From positions 49,162 to 110,400 of the forward strand of contig NIVC01000865.1 of assembly GCA_002269645.1 (NCBI GenBank): DNA of 61,239 bases, in the 5' to 3' direction. The position numbers and the translations under genes are program-made. Shown here in pieces: positions 48,501-61,239 of this stretch; within the stretch, counting starts at the first letter, position 1, and each line of letters begins with the position of its first letter. The stretch is from Macrostomum lignano. Taxonomy: Eukaryota. The notes beneath the pieces are model-generated. The model saw nothing but the letters and a program-made list of their open reading frames with translations. It did no database searches and was not told where the DNA came from.

Positions 48501-49012
48501 CTCTGTACATCAGCGCCAACAAGCTTGCCGAACTCGCAGAACTGGACCGGCTGCACAGCCTCACCCGGCTGCAGAGCCTCACCCTGCTTGGCAACCCGCT
48601 GGCCAGACGGCTGCTCCACCGGCCCATCTGCGTGCACCGGCTGCGGCACCTGCACAGCCTGGACGGCATTCCTGTGACGCCGGAGGAGCGCGACAAAGCC
48701 GATATGTACTTTGCCGACCTGCAGCAGATGCAGCAAATGCAGGCGCAGCCGTCGATGTCAGCCGCTCTGATGTCCGATCATCAGCAGCAGCAGCAGATGA
48801 TGCAACAACAGCAGCAACAGCAGCAGCAGCAGCAGGGCAGACCTTTGCGACTCACCAACGTCAACATCGGCGGCATGCCGGAGCCGTACACGCTGAACCA
48901 GCTGGTGTCGCAGCGTCAGTCTGGCGGCGGCGGCAGCGGCTACAAGGGCGGCAGCAGCGGTGGCATCGCGCAGACTCCACAGGCGCAGCTGCCGATGTTT
49001 CGAAAAAAATGA
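42582..49012 (+). CDS. LRRC9: Leucine-rich repeat-containing protein 9 homolog (~1300 aa), multi-exon
   Basis: The N-terminus DLLREICSSNGL..LEIFFGGYPR..LSLFPNL..DPQYRPCPV..NYS..LYH.P..DT...AD..KKRMYY.MR follows LRRC9 as I recall it. Exons ~42582-43457, 45061-45370, 45498-46493, 46749-47936 and 48431-49012 with GT-AG sites; many SDS22-like LRRs; poly-Q tail; a few frameshifts. Confidence 0.85.
43470..45020. repeat. 14-bp minisatellite (GGATCTGGGATCAA), LRRC9 intron 1
   Basis: Direct reading. Confidence 0.97.
45375..45472. repeat. (GTCA)n microsatellite, LRRC9 intron 2
   Basis: Direct reading. Confidence 0.9.
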
Positions 49013-49589
49013 CCGACTGCTCTCTCGCAGAAATTATTTTCCTACGAGTTTGGTTGACATGTTTCAAACCGCTTTTTTGTTGACTGTTTCTCTCAGCTTT
49101 CTAATGCATTTCCCGTTCTCTCCTACTTTCAGTAATATGGGAAAGTTTCAACTTTAGACAGTAAAAAAGAAGCACCTTTAAAGGCGCCAAAAAGTACGGC
49201 GTGTTCTTCAATTTTTCTACACTATAAAATGCTCGCAAAGCCTTCTTTAGCACGTGATCCTAGAGATTAGTATATGGATTTGTATCCCAATTGTTGTAAC
49301 AGATTAATTGACATTTTCCGTTTAATCACCAGCTGCTCAAAGTTCAAACATCTTTCACTTGTCTCGTCCATCTCTGTTGTTGTCGAGTTGCGCGTTCCAG
49401 TGCCGTCCCGTGTCAATCCTAGATGCGATTTTGTACTTTTAGTAGTTCTTGCTGTACCTTTTGATGCGATTAGTTTTTTTCACGCCTAATTTCGTTAAGA
49501 TGGAAAGTAATATGCTAATCTGGCCATTTTTATGGGTGTCGTTTATAAAGTGGGTGCACTGGTTCATTTTCCCTAAATTATACGTCTTA

Positions 49590-50215
49590 CTGTCACTCTG
49601 TGTCTGAGGCACTCTTCACTTTGTCTCTGCGTCACTCTCCTCTCTGTCTGTGTCAGTCTCCTCTCTGTCTGTGTCAGTCTCCTCTCTGTGTCACTCTCCT
49701 CTCTGTGTCACTCTCCTCTCTGTGTCACTCTCCTCTCTGTGTCACTCTTCTCTCTGTGTCACTCTCCTCTCTGTCTGTGTCACTCTCCTCTCTGTCTGTG
49801 TCACTCTCCTCTCTGTCTGTGTCACTCTCCTCTCTGTGTCTGTGTCACTCTTCTCTTTGTCTCTGTGTCACTCTCCTCTCTGTGTCTGTGTCACTCTCCT
49901 CTCTGTGTCTGTGTCACTATCCTCTCTGTGTCTGTCTCACTCTCCTCTCTGTCACTGTGTCACTCTCTATTTGCCTGTGTCACTCTCGTCTTTGATTTTG
50001 TTTCACTCTCCTCTTTGCTTCTGTGTCACTCTCCTCTCTGTGTCACTCTCCTCTCTGTGTCACTCTCCTCTGTGTGTCACTCTCCTCTGTGTGTCACTCT
50101 CCTCTGTGTGTCACTCTCCTCTGTGTGTCACTCTCCTCTCTGTTTCACTCTTCTCTCTGTGTCACTCTCCTCTGTGTCACTCTCCTCTCTATCTGAGTCA
50201 CTCTCTACTATGTCA
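49590..50215. repeat. Pyrimidine-rich minisatellite (CTGTGTCACTCTCCTCT variants)
   Basis: Direct reading. Confidence 0.92.
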
Positions 50216-50725
50216 CTCTACCATCAGGAGTCCAAGATTACATGGCAGACACATTAAAATTGACCAGATCAGCAGTCAACTTTATCTCAGCTTTATTTTA
50301 TCCCACTGTCCGTCCAGTTATGAATTGCCTAAAAATTTGCTTCTGAAGCAGAAAACACGAAACTCGAGTCGGCCTTTTACCCTGGCGCTTATTTTCGAGC
50401 TCTGCCCTACCTATTCCTTGCTATTTTTATAAATAATATATCAACTTTGCCTGTAGCTTAAAAGTACATCACAGAGGAACTTTTTCTGCAGACCATTGTC
50501 TCACTCACCTGTGCACACGCTGCTTGTTGATAAAAAACACATTTTTTGGATAAAGCATAAAAAAATTATTGTTAAGATGTGTATTCTTTCAAACAATATT
50601 TTTTGGCCTTGATCATTTGGTAGATAGAGAAAGTTTACACTGAATAAACTTTACAAAACAATCTTAAACAAAATAATGCATGTCAACGGTGGCGGCGCAC
50701 CGAACCCCATCAGACCCGGGTCGCA

Positions 50726-53700
50726 ATGTCATCTAACCAGGCACAACAAGTCACTTTTAATGACGAGGCGAATGCTGAGGTAAAGCTGAGATTTCACAAC
50801 GCCATTTTTCATTTCAACCTCGAGCTTGCGCAGATTTCTCAGTTTGCGCAAATTCAATTTTTTTTCAGATCGAATACGAGGAGCAGGAGCTGGAGGACGA
50901 TCCCGAGGTCTACCGGCAGTTCGTCACCCTGGTGGACGGCGTGGTTGGTTCGCTCGCCCTGCTGCAGGCCGACATGGACAATGTGAGCCACGAACTCCTC
51001 CCTGTTCAGAGCAGTCGTGCCCTCTTCCAAAGCCGCGCTGGACCACTTGGCTACGGCCTCCTGTGCAGCCATGCCCTCATGTACTTTTAACTCTACTTTA
51101 AGTAGAAGCATGGGAAAGTTTGTTTCTTAGAAAGTTTTTTGAAGGCCTATTTTGCGCGAAAATTTACGCCGCTGAGTTCAGGAAAGCAAGAACTATCACC
51201 CTTTTTTATCATCAATCACTTATGTAATCGATCTTGTTGACGCATTTCAGTTTTTGTACTTTAAAGACGAGCTGATGCAGCAGCTGCTGCCACCGAACCT
51301 GCTGCTGCAGCTGTCGCTCATTTCCGGGAAACTGTTTCGAAGGTGAGTGAGTGAGAGTTTTATCCACCACCTGTTTTCCCTGAAGACAATCTGCTTTTCT
51401 ACCTTTTTATCTACCATATTAACTACCTATCTAACAAGATAACTTCTTACCTAACGGGGGGTCTAGCATGACTCTCTGATGTGCCAGCGTCCCAGGCTCG
51501 ATTCAAAGTGCAGTCACATTAATTTGAGGCTAAATTGCAATCTCGGCTTGGCTCTGCTCACGCAATTAACGCCCAGCTTGAGGGCCAACCCTCCAAGGCA
51601 CAGTGAAGTGTACATGCCTAACTATAAATAAAGTCAGGACTATGACTGTACAATCTTGTGTGAGTGTGTGCCTGTGCGTATGACTGCGTACGTATCCGCG
51701 CGCTTGTGTGCCTGCTCAGGGGAGTCGGCAGTATGGACAGCAATGCCTCTCGCCGGTTGTGTGACAATGTCGCTTAAAGTGCGCCAAAGTGCACTCAACC
51801 CCTAAAAGTAACTTCTTACCTACTCAATATACCTTTTACAAGCTACCACATACATTTACCTACCTACCTACCGATGTACCTTCTTACCTACTAATCAACC
51901 TACCCCACCCGCCCACCGCTCCGCCAGCTACTCGGACCTGCAGTTCCCCCTGTGGGAGCTGCTCCGCCTGGTCCGGGTGTACTCCTCGCCCTGGGAGGAG
52001 AAGAAGGCCGCCCTGCAGAAGATGCACGAGGATTACGCGCGCAAGAAAAGCCAGCTGGAGATCGCGCTTCGGCGTCTGACTACGCAGGACGCGGAGGTGA
52101 AGCGCGCAGGCCGGGAGCGGCGCATCATGAACTGGGAGAAGCTGTTCGCCCGGGTGCAGATGGCCCGCGGCCACGGCCGGCGCTGGAAGTTCCGGATGCA
52201 CGATTTCAAAAAACGCGCCGCAATGGGCGTCGAACATCTGGGAAAATATTTTGCCGAAGATCAGAGCGACCTGGAGTCGGATGTCGAACCGTCGGAGGTT
52301 GGCGAGGACGCCGAGGTCGAGGTTGATGAAGCCGACAGGGAGGCTGGGGAGGCGGACGAATCCCCTGCTGATGAGGCGGCACAGCGGGAAAACACCGAGG
52401 AGAAAACCGCGGCCGCTGTGGAGCAGGTGGCGGAGGATTTTCCTGAGATTGAGCTCGAGTCTATGAGCGAGATCAACGCGGAGGAGCCCGAAGAGCCGGT
52501 TAGTTGCCATGGGGTTGCTATGGTGTTGCTACGATGTTATGGCGTTGCTACGCCGTTACTAAGCCGTTGCTAGAGTGTTGCTACGGCCTTGCTGCGACAA
52601 TGCTTCTTTGGCGTTGCTTTGGTCTGGCTTAAGTGTTGTTAGGACGTTTTTTAAATTCCTTACTTGGTTTTGCTTTCGTTTCTCTGCTATTCTTAATAAT
52701 CAATATTCCTCAATAGAAAAACACTTAAAACCCCATTTCCAGCTGTACCAAGAAGCAACAGACGTGAAAAGTGTTTCCGTAAGTACTACTTATACTATCA
52801 TTGGCAGCAATGCGGTTGTTCGATAGTGAACTATAATTATTCTGTCCAACTCGCAGATGCCAGCCGAGATCGCTCTGCCAGTTGAGACGGCCGATGCCGA
52901 GGTGTGGACTCACGAGCCGGAGTTTGGCAGGCGCCTGCACGTGCGGGTATACCCAGCCAAGCAGGTCAAGGCCAAGCAGGTGTCTGTTGAGGTCGAGTTT
53001 GATGACGGAGGTGACGAAGAACCCGCCTGCCACCAGCTGGAGGTGCAGGACGTCCTGGTGCCCGCCGCAGATGAGAAGCGTCGGATGCCGCGTAGGCGTC
53101 AGGTGCGCGCATAAAAATTGACCTTGTTGCTATGGCGTTGCTGTGGTTTTGCTAAGTTGCTATGGAGTTGTTTATGTCGTTGCTATGGAGTTGTTTATGT
53201 CGTTGCTATGGAGTTTTTTATGTCGTTGCTATGGAGTTGTTTATGTCGTTGCTATGGTTTTGCTAAGTTGCTATGGAGTTGTTTGTCGTTGCTATGGTTT
53301 TTCATCTTACTATAGCTGTTATTATGTTTCTAGAGTCGTTTTTTATTTCTCTGACAGGGCGCAGCGGCTGACGAAAACGGTTCAGGCGCCGGCGGGGCGG
53401 CGGCGGCGGCGGCGGCGGCCGCTTTCCAGGAGGTGAGCTTCTTGGTGCCCGACGGTGTGGCACCGGAGCACGGCGGTCCGCAGCTGCGCATCAACGTGCA
53501 GAACGAGCGGATGGACCGGGTTGGCTCGGTAGTCCTCAGCCTCCGACAGCTGGTCGACGCCGACCTGCTCACTCTGGACGTCGGCGCCGACGACAGCGCT
53601 GCTGGCAACGAGGACGAGTTGGAACGGCGTCGACGGACGCTGGAGGAGCTCGGGCCGATCGAGTACCCGATGCTGCTCAACGACATCGAGGCTGGACAGC

Positions 53701-56700
53701 TGCCCATGCTGGTCTACTGGACTCGATGGCCTGTGCCGCGAGTTGCCGAAAGGGACAATAGTGAGTTGCTATGGGTTTGTTTATGGCGTTGCTATGGACT
53801 TGCTGTCAGAAAATTATGGTTATACTGTTGATATGGCGTTGCTATGGGATAAGCTTTTTGTGTACGTTACCACAACGTTGCTATGGCGTTTTAAAATTTC
53901 AGGTGTTAACTTAATGAAAGTTTTTAAGTTCAATATTTTCGTTAAAGAAAATAGTTAGGTCAAAATGCGTGCATCGGTATGCTCCAAAGTTTCTATACAA
54001 CTTAGTTATAATGATAGAGCTAGTTTTTTAATCATTCTCATATTTGCTGTTGACTTATTCAGTTTGTCAGGTGACATTGGGACTGATTTATTGCATGAAC
54101 TGCCTGCCCGATTTAATTTCAGCTCCATTTAGACAGGCACTGGCACCGTCTATGGTAATTTCCTATGATTTCATCCAGTTTTGAGCACAACGCAACCCCT
54201 TCACCGCGTTCCGTCACTTCACTCTAAGTTGATTAAAAGAAAAAGTCAACTGTAGAGAAGTGGAAGTCACACCCCATTGTTACTCTGTGTTATTCATTGT
54301 CACCAGCCTGTCGATTTGAATTTTTGATACTTAACCATTTACCAATGCAAGATTCCCGTTTGTTTTTGCTACTTGCCCAGCCATCGGAGCTTTTGTGCAC
54401 TTTGGGTGCCTGCTTGACGCCCGTTTGACCAAATTTAATTTCCATTGTTCAAGTACGAGCAAGTACATTGAAGTACATCATGTCTTGCTCAAGGACACAA
54501 ATTGTTCCGAGTGGGTCAAGAATCGAACCCCCGACCTTTCAGTCGGTGAGTCCGACGCTCTATCCACTAGGCTGCAACCCCCCATTAAGCTACAATTCCC
54601 CTCTGAAGTACATGACGTCCTTTTAATAGCGAGGTACTTGGAACTACTAACTAGAAATGCATAATGTTTACTCTGCTGCATTATAAATATAATTTTACTA
54701 ATCTGTACTAATCAGGTGTAAGTTTATGCAGAGCAAATAAATTGGGAATAGACACGTTAGTGCTGTACATCAACACCGCCACCCACCATCATCGTCATCT
54801 GCGCGTCACCTGCAGACACCGCCTCGGTGTTCGAGCTGGTCGAGGAGCTGACTGGCATCGACCTAACGAAGGTCACCAAGGAGGAGCTGACCAGGGAGAA
54901 GATCGACGCGTGCATGTCGCCGAGGCCGATGACGCCGCAGCCTGTGAGACAGTTTTCATAAGAGGGAATCGCAGTATAGGCTAGACTTACTAACACTACT
55001 CATACTTAACTAATTATCCTACTTATCAGTAGTGAGCAGTGAAAACTGCAACCATTTTAGCTGCATTTAGAGCTAGAATTGTTGGTTAATTCTAAAAATC
55101 AGTGCACGCGAGTTTAAACAAATTCATTAAATTTTTAAATTATTTGCTATTTCCAGGAAAACGTTCCGAGAGAGGAATTCGACAAGTTGAACGAGGAATT
55201 TTCTGAGAAGTTCGCTCAACTTGAGAGAGATTACGTGTAAGATTAAGCGGCTATTTTGTTTGTCAGACTACCTGGATTGAGTGGTTGGGATTTTACGGCT
55301 CCTAGTGTAGGGGGTAAAACCAAACCACGCTCTAAAGGTTGTGGGTTCGAATCCCCGGCACGGCCTCGTTAATTTGAGATTCTGAAAGTCCCCAAGTGAA
55401 AGAGCCACCAAGTGACGAGAAATCAAACCCTTGTCACTTAATCTTAGTTCCAGAGTCAGGTGATCTCGCATTTTTGCAGGGAAAAGCTGAAAGCGCTCGA
55501 GGCTCAGCTGAGCAGCAGCGAGGCGCCGGCGACAGCGACGCAACAGCAGGCCGCCGCCGCGGACACGCAGGAGCGAGCGACCAGCGCCCAGCGCTCCCTG
55601 CCGGGTTCGCGGCGGTCGTCTGGGAGGAGAGCGACGCCGCAGCTGGCGCAGCAGCAGCAGGCGGCTGAAGAGACTGCGGTGAGCTTGAAGATTAAAAAAT
55701 TTCTATATTATTCTAGAAGTGCATGTACATGTAATGAAAACAAGGCACAGAGAGTGTACATGCCTGACGACATGCCTAACGACATGCCTGACAACATGCC
55801 TGACGACATGCCTAACGACATGCCTGACGACATGCCTGACGACATGCCTAACGACATGCCTGACGACATGCCTGACGACATGCCTAACGACATGCCTAAC
55901 GACATGCCTGACGACATGCCTGACGACATGCCTGACGACATGCCTGACGACATGCCTGACGACATGCCTAACGACATGCCTGACGACATGCCTGACGACA
56001 TGCCTAACGACATGCCTAACGACATGCCTGACGACATGCCTGACGACATGCCTGACGACATGCCTAACGACATGCCTGACGACATGCCTGACAACATGCC
56101 TGACGACATGCCTGACGACATGCCTAACGACATGCCTGACGACATGCCTGACGACATGCCTAACGACATGCCTGACGACATGCCTGACGACATGCCTGAC
56201 GACATGCCTGACGACATGCCTGACGACATGCCTGACGACATGCCTGACGACATGCCTGACGACATGCCTGACGACATGCCTGACGACATGCCTGACGACA
56301 TGCCTGACGACATGCCTGACGACATGCCTGACGACATGCCTGACGACATGCCTGACGACATGCCTGACGACATGCCTGACGACATGCCTAACGACATGCC
56401 TGACGACATGCCTGACGACATGCCTGACGACATTCCTGACGACATTCCTGACGACATGCCTGACGACATGCCTGACGCTTGTATGTTAGGAGGAGTTACT
56501 ATTATTATTGTTGATTTTCACTAACTCGATATTTGCACTTGCAGCAACAGCAGCAGCAGCCGCCAAAGAAGCCGGGCATCCGCGTGCCTCCCCGACCTCA
56601 GCGCCCAAAGAAGAACTTCATGGTGGGCCGGCCGCTGCCAGCCTGGGGCGAGGACCTGCCAGAAGATTTCTTCGAGCGCATGGAGCTGCTCAACCACCTG

Positions 56701-59317
56701 ACTCGCGAGCACAAGGCCCGCCTCGTTGCTCAGATTCGAGCCGAGATTGCTCGAGAAGTTGAGGCTCAGCTGATGGAGCTGTCGCGACTGGCCGCTGGCT
56801 ACGATGATGATGAAGATGAGCAGGGAGAGGCCGGGGAGGCTGGAGAGGACAGGCGGCAGCTGAGCTCAGCTGACGAAGTCACCATTCCTGCGCTGTTCAT
56901 GCCGCAGCGGGGCGAGCGCAAGGTGTACAACCCAGGGCGCACCTGTACTTCCAGCCGCACGGCATCAAAGGTGCTCGGCTCACTCAGCCGCCCTCTATGC
57001 TGAGCCTGCCGCCGCTGCCTGCTGTGAGTCTGATGGAGGATGGGGCCGCGGCACTGCCGAGGTTTCTCACTGGGAATTCAGGGCTCTCATAAGCCTACGA
57101 AGTCTTCAAAATCTTTAAAATACAGTAGAATCTGATATTAAAACGACAATCTGATCCCAGATCAACAATCTGATATCCCAAATCGACAATCTGATCCCAG
57201 ATCAACAATCTGATATCCCAAATCGACAATCTGATCCCAGATCGACAATCTGATATCCCAAATCGACAATCTGATATCCCAAATCGACAATCTGATTCCA
57301 AATCGACAATCTGATCCCAGATCGACAATCTGATATCCCAAATCGACAATCTGATCCCAGATCGACAATCTGATCCCAAATCGACAATCTGATCCCAAAT
57401 CGAAAATCTGATCCCAGATCGACAATCTGATTCCAAATCGACAATCTGATCCCAGATCGACAATCTGATCCCAGATCGACAATCTGATCCCAGATCGACA
57501 ATCTGATCCCAGATCGACAATCTGATCCCAAATCGACAATCTGATCCCAGATCGACAATCTGATCCCAAATCGACAATCTGATCCCAAATCGACAATCTG
57601 ATCCCAGATCGACAATCTGATCCCAGATCGACAATCTGATCCCAGATCGACAATCTGATCCCAAATCGACAATCTGATCCCAGATCGACAATCTGATCCC
57701 AAATCGACAATCTGATCCCAAATCGACAATCTGATCCCAAATCGACAATCTGATCCCAAATCGACAATCTGATCCCAAATCGACAATCTGATCCCAAATT
57801 GACAATCTGATCCCAAATCGACAATCTGATATTCCAAATCGACAATCTGATCACAGATCGACAATCTGATCCCAAATCGACAATCTGATCCGAAATCGAC
57901 AATCTGATCCCAAATCGACAATCTGATCCCAAATCGACAGTCTGATCCCAAATTGACAATCTGATCCCAAATCGACAATCTGATATCCCAAATCGACTAT
58001 CTGATCCCAAATCGACAATCTGATCCCAAATTGACAATCTGATCCCAAATCGACAATCTGATCCCAAATCGACAATCTGATCCCAAATTGACAATCTGAT
58101 CCCAAATCGACAATCTGATCCCAAATCGACAATCTGATATCCCAAATCGACTATCTGATCCCAAATCGACAATCTGATCCCAAATTGACAATCTGATCCC
58201 AAATCGACAATCTGATCCCAAATCGACAATCTGATCCCAAATTGACAATCTGATCCCAAATCGACAATCTGATCCCAAATCGACAATCTGATATCCCAAA
58301 TCGACTATCTGATCCCAAATCGACAATCTGATCCCAAATTGACAATCTGATCCCAAATCGACAATCTGATCCCAAATCGACAATCTGATCCCAAATTGAC
58401 AATCTGATCCCAAATCGACAATCTGATCCCAAATCGACAATCTGATATCCCAAATCGACAATCTGATCCCAGATCGACTATCTGACCCCAAATCGAAAAT
58501 CTGATCCCAGATCGACAATCTGATCCCAAATCGACAATCTGATCCCAGATCGACAATCTGATCCCAAATCGACAATCTGATCCCAAATCGACAATCTGAT
58601 CCCAAATCGACAATCTGATCCCAAATCGACAATCTGATCCCAAATCGACAATCTGATCCCAAATCGACAATCTGATCCCAAATTGACAATCTGATCCCAA
58701 ATCGACAATCGATATCCCAAATCGACTATCTGATCCCAGATCGACAATCTGATATTCCATATCGACAATCTGATCCCAGATCGACAATCTGAATCTCAAA
58801 TCGACAATCTGATCCGAAATCGACAATCTGATCCCAAATCGACAATCTGATCCCAAATCGACAATCTGATCCCAAATTGACAATCTGATCCCAAATCGAC
58901 AATCTGATCCCAAATCGACAATCTGATCCCAAATCGACAATCTGATCCCAGATCGACAATCTGATCCCAGATCGACAATCTGATCCCAAATCGACAATCT
59001 GATCCCAAATCGACAATCTGATCCCAAAACGACTATCTGATCGCAAAGCGAGAATCTCATCTTAAGAATACTATTTAAAGTCAAATATGAACTAGCTACA
59101 AGTAGATGCGAATATTTGTTATTGCACTGTACATGTAAATGTTTGCAGTAGCCCCCTTACACTTCCGCTTGCAATTTCTCATACAATTTTCCAGCGAACT
59201 TCAGTCCTGAATTTGTTCGATGTGAGCAGTCGACCAGCAGCTCAGAGCGTCACCGCCCCGCCTCCCAACGTCAGCATTCAGACTCAGCTGAGCATGCTCA
59301 AGAAAACTGTCAATTAA
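50726..59317 (+). CDS. Uncharacterised multi-exon protein: coiled-coil N-terminal region, possible C2-like beta domain, Pro-rich C-terminus
   Basis: GT-AG exons near 50726-50779, 50869-50982, 51267-51341, 51929-~52499, 52857-53103, 53358-53760, 54815-54944, 55157-55238, 55480-55678, 56545-57024 and 59195-59317. Sequences include SYSDLQFPLWELLRLVRVYSSPWEEKK..WEKLF..GHGRRWKFR and IPALFMP..YNP/(R)AHLYFQP..RLTQPPSMLSLPPLP. Some junctions are unresolved. Confidence 0.7.
52500..53890. repeat. Dispersed intronic GTTGCTATGG/GTTGCCATGG repeats in three clusters (~52500-52620, 53125-53330, 53765-53890)
   Basis: Direct reading of the recurring gttgctatgg motif. Confidence 0.75.
54470..54593 (-). mobile_element. 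SINE fragment (tRNA head and start of the central domain)
   Basis: ttgctcaaggacacaaattgttccgagtgggtc..gaatcgaacccccgacctttcagtc..gtccgacgctcta.ccactaggctgcaacccc is the reverse complement of the 5593 head. Confidence 0.85.
55280..55352 (+). mobile_element. tRNA-like head (B box GGTTCGAATCC) of a different putative SINE
   Basis: GTGGTT..GGTTCGAATCCCCG; no clean cloverleaf and no second copy in the window. Confidence 0.35.
55758..56476. repeat. 12-bp minisatellite (CATGCCTGACGA), intronic
   Basis: Direct reading; lies between the donor at 55679 and the acceptor at ~56544. Confidence 0.97.
57145..59045. repeat. 19-bp minisatellite (GATCCCAAATCGACAATCT), intronic, ~1.9 kb
   Basis: Direct reading. 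Confidence 0.97.
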
Positions 59318-60305
59318 ATGCAGAGAGAAATCATTCTGTACTATTAATAAAAATAATTGACCACCCGAACCAATCTTCTGTATTTTGGCCCCTCTGTATG
59401 AATGAATTTAACTTAAAATTGCCTCAGATGATTTACATGTACAATCGAATTAACAAATTTGTTAATTTAGATTTTGATTTTCAACAGTGCATCATAATGT
59501 ACTTTATATAAGCACAAATTGTTGTTGTGCCTTAAAATCAAGAAAAAAACACGTCGAGAAGCTTTCCTTTTACTTTAAACATGTGTCTAACTTCACGTGT
59601 TTTAAAGTATCTCTTTTATCGTGATATTTTCAAACGATATTTTTCCACATGCTTTGCTTGCTTTTGTATTTTTTACAGATTTTCAAATCAGTGGATATTT
59701 CATTCATTCCGGCCTTAACTTTGAACTTCTGCCATTCTTGTAGCAAACTATTTGTTAATTCTTTGAAAAATCTGTTTCTTAGAAGCGTTTGCCGTTTAGC
59801 TTGTAGATTAACAAATCAGGATTAGATAAGCAATCGATCAAGGCTTAATGAACAAGTCCGAATTGGATCGATAAAGCAGAGTTAAATAAGAATAATATCA
59901 ATTGTCAAACGAATACACATGAATTCAAAAAACTAATAAATATTTGAATTTAGACAACCAAAATACGACCCACTACGAAACAAATTAAATCAACCCGTTA
60001 TGAAAGAAGAAATGTTGAAAAAAATAAGCTAAACATAAATAAAAACGAACAAATGTCTAATTCAAATAAACTAAAATCAAAGTTACAGAAGCAATTCAAA
60101 ACATTAAAATAAAATCTGGATTATAGAAAATCACATAAAAGTTTGATTACCAAATCAAAAGCCAAGATTAAGTAAAAATTACTATTAGATAAACAAACCA
60201 GATCAGAATAACGTAAATATGTAAATTACAATAAAAATATAAGAATAAATTAGTAATTAAATTTCATTGCAATTTTGCATGCTCTGGGTCGCAATTATCG
60301 GGCGC

Positions 60306-60571
60306 ATGGAATCCGAAATTGCAGACCTACAAAACCCGGAAGTGCCGCAGTGCCTCTACTGGTCAGCCGAGCAGGTGGCGGACTGGGTGTCCAGCCTCGG
60401 ACTCGGCCAGTACCGGGACTGCTTCCTCACCAACGGCATCAACGGGCGCCGTCTGGTTCTGGTTGACGCGTCAAATTTGCCTAAAATCGGGGTGCACGAG
60501 TTTCAGCACGTGCAGGCGTTGAGCGGAGCTGTGCGCGACCTGCTGAAGATCGAGAGCCCCAGATGGGATCG
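60306..60571 (+). CDS. SAMD15: First coding exon of a SAM-domain protein, SAMD15-like (continues beyond the window)
   Basis: MESEI..CLYWSAEQVADWVSSLGLGQYRDCFLTNGINGRRLVLVDASNLPKIGVHEFQHVQALSGAVRDLLKIESP resembles the SAMD15 SAM domain as I recall it (W..E.VA.W...LG..QY..CF..N.I.GR.L...SNLP..G...F......LL.IE.P). Donor GTGGGT at 60572. Confidence 0.7.
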
Positions 60572-60669
60572 GTGGGTCACGGCTCTGCTCTTTTGCCTTC
60601 GAATTTGTACTTTTGGCACAAAAATGTTTTACTTTTAATAATAACTGTCGCGTCAAAATACATTGAAGC

Positions 60670-61239
60670 ATCTGGATTTGCGCCAATTCAAATGTCAAGA
60701 ATTGGCGCCAAATTGAGTGTCCTAGGATTTGCGCCAAATTAGGAGTCAGAGCGTTGGCGCCAGATTTAGTCTCTCAGCGTTGGCGCAAAATTTAGTGTCA
60801 GGATTGGCGCCAAATTTAGTGTGTCAGGATTAGCGCTAATTTAGTGTCAGGATTGGCGCCAATTTAGTGTCAGGATTGGCGCCAAATTTAGTGTCAGAAT
60901 TAGCGCCAAAATTAGTGTCAGAATTGGCGCCAAATTTAGTGTCAGGATTGGCGCCAAATTTAGTGTCAGGATAGGCCGCCAAATTTTAGTGTCAGGATTG
61001 GCGCCAAATTTAGTGTCAGGATTGGCGCCAAATCTTGTGTCAGGATTGCGCCAAATTTAGTGTCAGGATTGGCGCCAAATTTAGTGTCAGGATTGGCGCC
61101 AAATTTAGTGTCAGATTAGCGCCAAATCTTAGTGTCAGGATTGGCGCCAAATTTAGTGTCAGGATTGGCGCCAAATTTAGTGTCAGGATTGGCGACCAAA
61201 TTTAGTGTCAGGATTAGCGCCAAATTTAGTGTCAGGATT
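60670..61239. repeat. ~24-bp minisatellite (GTCAGGATTGGCGCCAAATTTAGT), runs off the window end
   Basis: Direct reading. Confidence 0.93.

Noticed and set aside
49012-60306. Operon / SL trans-splicing of the three co-oriented genes
   Set aside because: No clear trans-splice acceptor next to the ATGs and no SL sequence recognised; needs RNA data.

Overview
Repeat-rich invertebrate genomic DNA with GC-rich exons, canonical GT-AG introns and a different minisatellite in most long introns. The style is compatible with a flatworm such as Macrostomum, but that is inference only. Genes in order: a secreted fibrinogen-domain gene (-, partial), an intronless class-A GPCR (+), a small two-exon amidated-peptide precursor (-), an RNF217-like RBR E3 ligase (-), a short CEP164-N-terminus/WW protein (-), an LRAT/NlpC-P60-like exon (+), GPAA1 (-), LRRC9 (+), an uncharacterised multi-exon coiled-coil gene (+) and the first exon of a SAMD15-like gene (+). 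Mobile DNA: a 5'-truncated LINE with a 15-bp TSD, two near-identical copies of an APE-RT-RNaseH LINE in a ~6.45-kb tandem unit, four tRNA-derived SINE copies, a MITE-like element and a candidate hammerhead ribozyme. The most striking observation is that 32921..~36852, inside GPAA1, is the base-by-base COMPLEMENT of the expected sequence, neither reversed nor reverse-complemented. The missing GPAA1 exons and their splice sites appear only when the + strand is read backwards without complementing. No known biochemistry does this, so a data-processing artefact is the leading explanation. Second, the LINE is flanked by a ~2.06-kb duplication of host sequence (a giant TSD-like structure), and the whole unit is then tandemly duplicated. 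Many genes carry single-base indels at short homopolymers, which suggests long-read consensus errors rather than pseudogenes.
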